Assembly (NCBI RefSeq): GCF_001194135.2
Contig: NC_068996.1
Location: forward strand, 13,663,222 to 13,701,244
Length of the DNA: 38,023 nucleotides
From: Octopus bimaculoides
Taxonomy: Eukaryota
Direction: 5' to 3'
Positions within the stretch are counted from its first letter, which is position 1. Every line of letters begins with the position of its first letter. Made by a program: the position numbers and the translations under genes. Shown one piece after another: positions 35,436 through 38,023 of this stretch. The notes below the pieces were generated by a model. It worked only from the letters and a program-made list of their open reading frames with translations. It had not been told where the DNA came from and made no database searches.

Positions 35436-37019
35436 AGGCACCCAGTAGTGGTTCGTCAGGAGTTGTTCTATTTGCTATCACAACATTGCCAGTTGACTGA
35501 CATTACATTTAAGACCATCAGTAAGCACTATTGCTGCAACAGACAGGTTCAGTGTATATACAGAATATATAACGAGACGAAATTAATTAAGCTATGATTG
35601 TGAAACTTCTGCAGATCATTCTGAGAATCTATTGATGGAAGTGGCAAATATTGTGTGTTAAATAAATTCTAGAACATAATTATGTTTTAAAATGGAAATT
35701 AGTTTCTTTTTATTCTCTCCAAGAATAAAATATTTGCATTCGTAATTTCCACCTGTTATTGCAATAATAAACTGGTTCTGATACATTTAAAAGATAAAAC
35801 AAGCCGAAGAATTAATGCTAGCCATTAATTTTAAACAATATCAACAGTAACGATTTAACAGCAAGAATGGCTTCAACGAGAAACTGTTTGGAAATAATAG
35901 CAACAAATAAAGAAAATAAAAGAAATATATATTATTGCAATTGTGAAGATATGTATAGTTTGATATATATGTAGGTAAATGTATAGATTGAGATAGTGAT
36001 AGGTGGCTATAAATAGATAGACATTAAGTGTAAGGGAGAGGAAGAGAAAGATATATTAAATCAGATATAAAATGAAAACGGTGAATATATGTATGTATGT
36101 GTATGTATATATATATATATATATNNNNNNNNNNNNNNNNNNNNNNNNNNNNNNNNNNNNNNNNNNNNNNNNNNNNATATATATGTATATACTATATGCA
36201 TATATATGCGTATATGTACATGTACATGTATGTGCGTGTGAGTATGTGTGCGTGTGTGTGTATGTGGATGTGTGTTTATGTGTGTGTTTGTGTGTCTGCG
36301 TACGCGTGCATAGATATATCTATTGTTCTCACAATCTCTATATGTTTTGCAATATTCTTGATATGAAATCAGGTATTTCTGTAGTAATATACTGTTGAAC
36401 TTTGGTAGGAAGCTGTTGTCAATTAAACACACACACTGATTGCATTTCACTTCAGCTTTATTATCAGATAACTAGATAACTTATTGATTAATATCACTAA
36501 GCACAGACAAAAGTTCAAATAAAGAACAAAACGAAAGTGTAAGTGCGTACTAGCATGGAGAAGGGGCATTAGAGATGGATCGTTATCGATAGCGACGCAA
36601 GATGAGACGAAGATTAAAAAAAAATAGCAATTAAGCAATTAATCATTAATTTATGCAATTAATTAGCTAATTATCTATTTAATTGATTAACAAACTGAAA
36701 TAAAATATAACCATAGTATTTCAATTGACAGTATGGTTGTGCAAAATACAACACACACTATGTATGTTAGTATGTATGTATGCGAGTGTGTGCATGTACA
36801 ATGTATGTATGTGTGTGTGTATGTATAAATGAATTTATAAATGAATGTTCTACTCTTTCTTTTCTTAATCTAGAGTAGTTTGACCGGCCATCTACCTGGT
36901 AGCAAGATTGTGAAAGAAAGCATCTTGTCTTGTCCTTTAAAACTTAAGTTCTTGCAGATTTTTTATAGTTGCTGGTATTTTGATATGCACGTATGCATGT
37001 ATGTATAATGTGTATGTCT

Positions 37020-37275
37020 GTAAGCGTGTATGCATGTATAAGTGTGTGTGTATGTATGTATGTATGTATGCATGCATGCATGCATGTATGTATGTATGTG
37101 TGTATGTATGTATGTATGTATGTATTTATGTATGAATGAATGTATGTATGTGCGTGAGTGCGTGCGTGCGGACATCCATGTATGTATGCATGTATGTATA
37201 TATGTATGTATGTATGTATGTATGCATGCATGTATGTATGGATGGATAGATAGATGCATGCATGTATGTATATGA
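37020..37275. repeat. (ATGT)/(ATGC)-type degenerate microsatellite
   Basis: Direct reading; source of the HTYI/VCMY ORFs. Confidence 0.9.
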
Positions 37276-37309
37276 CGTGCAGCAAAAGATAATAAAAGCA
37301 GATAGGTCT

Positions 37310-37850
37310 ATCCTCCCTTGCTCTGACTCCTACTTCTCTTCATTCCTACTCTCCTTCTCTCTTCTCTTCACTCCTACCCACCTTCTCCCTTCCTCCTCTC
37401 CCTTCATTGTCATCCTTCCCTCGTAACCCACCACACACAATCCAAGCCCATCTTCCCTATCCATCCCATCACACACTACCACTGACCACTTCCCAGCCCC
37501 ACATCCACACACGCACACGTCAAGGTCACCAGCCCTCTTCCACACGCACATATATGCTCTCTTCTACACACGCACGCGCATCTTCGTTTTTGGATCACCA
37601 TTACTTTATTATCTCCCCTTCTTCCTAGATCTCCTCTGTGACCCCTCTGTCTGGCATTCGCCATCATAGATCGCTAGCCACTACACATTTTTTTATATTC
37701 TCTCCTTATTTCTTCCTGTGTTTCTTTCTGTGGAAGAGCGTAGGCTCGAAACGTTAAATACTTTTTCACTTCACGAGCGTTAACTAATACATCTGTTTGT
37801 TGTATACACCACCTGACTTCGTCTTTTTTTCTTGTGAATTCTCCCTAGAT
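37310..37850 (+). mobile_element. PLE 3' region and terminal repeat
   Basis: 37565-37850 is homologous to the reverse complement of 20529-20810; hammerhead-like motif at 37728-37755; ends at (TAGA)n. The left boundary in the pyrimidine-rich tract is approximate. Confidence 0.75.
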
Positions 37851-38023
37851 GGATAGATAGACAGACACACAGATAGACAGATAGATAGATAGAAAGATAG
37901 ATAGATAGATAGATTGACAGACAGACAGACAGACAGATAGATATCTTTTTATTATAGCCACACAGGGCTAAATACAGAAAATGGACAAATTACAAAGTAG
38001 AGCTTTTCTTGGGGGGGGGGATA

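Noticed and set aside
1-38023. CRISPR arrays, rRNA, intact tRNA genes, prokaryotic operons
   Set aside because: None seen; the sequence is eukaryotic repeat-rich DNA with no spacer-separated repeat array.

Overview
Repeat-rich, AT-rich eukaryotic genomic DNA with ten N-gaps and dense (CA)n/(TA)n/(TAGA)n/(ATGT)n microsatellites. The SINE families and repeat landscape look like a cephalopod (Octopus) draft scaffold; this is an inference from remembered repeat sequences, not a search. No host protein-coding gene can be assigned. Nearly all long ORFs in the track are N-runs, microsatellites or transposon fragments. Recognisable content: a 3'-truncated Helitron (Rep/helicase, minus strand) carrying a TTAA-flanked MITE; three decayed mariner elements; a near full-length Penelope-like element (PLE) with direct terminal repeats, two further PLE RT fragments of different types, and several PLE terminal-repeat copies; a CR1/L2-type LINE fragment; and at least seven tRNA-derived SINE copies. 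The most interesting signals are RNA-structural: a near-canonical minimal hammerhead ribozyme inside a 58-bp inverted repeat (627-671), a hammerhead-like motif with a shared non-canonical core in three dispersed PLE termini, and a covarying stem-loop in the two terminal repeats of the long PLE. A few splice-flanked exon candidates are listed at low confidence.
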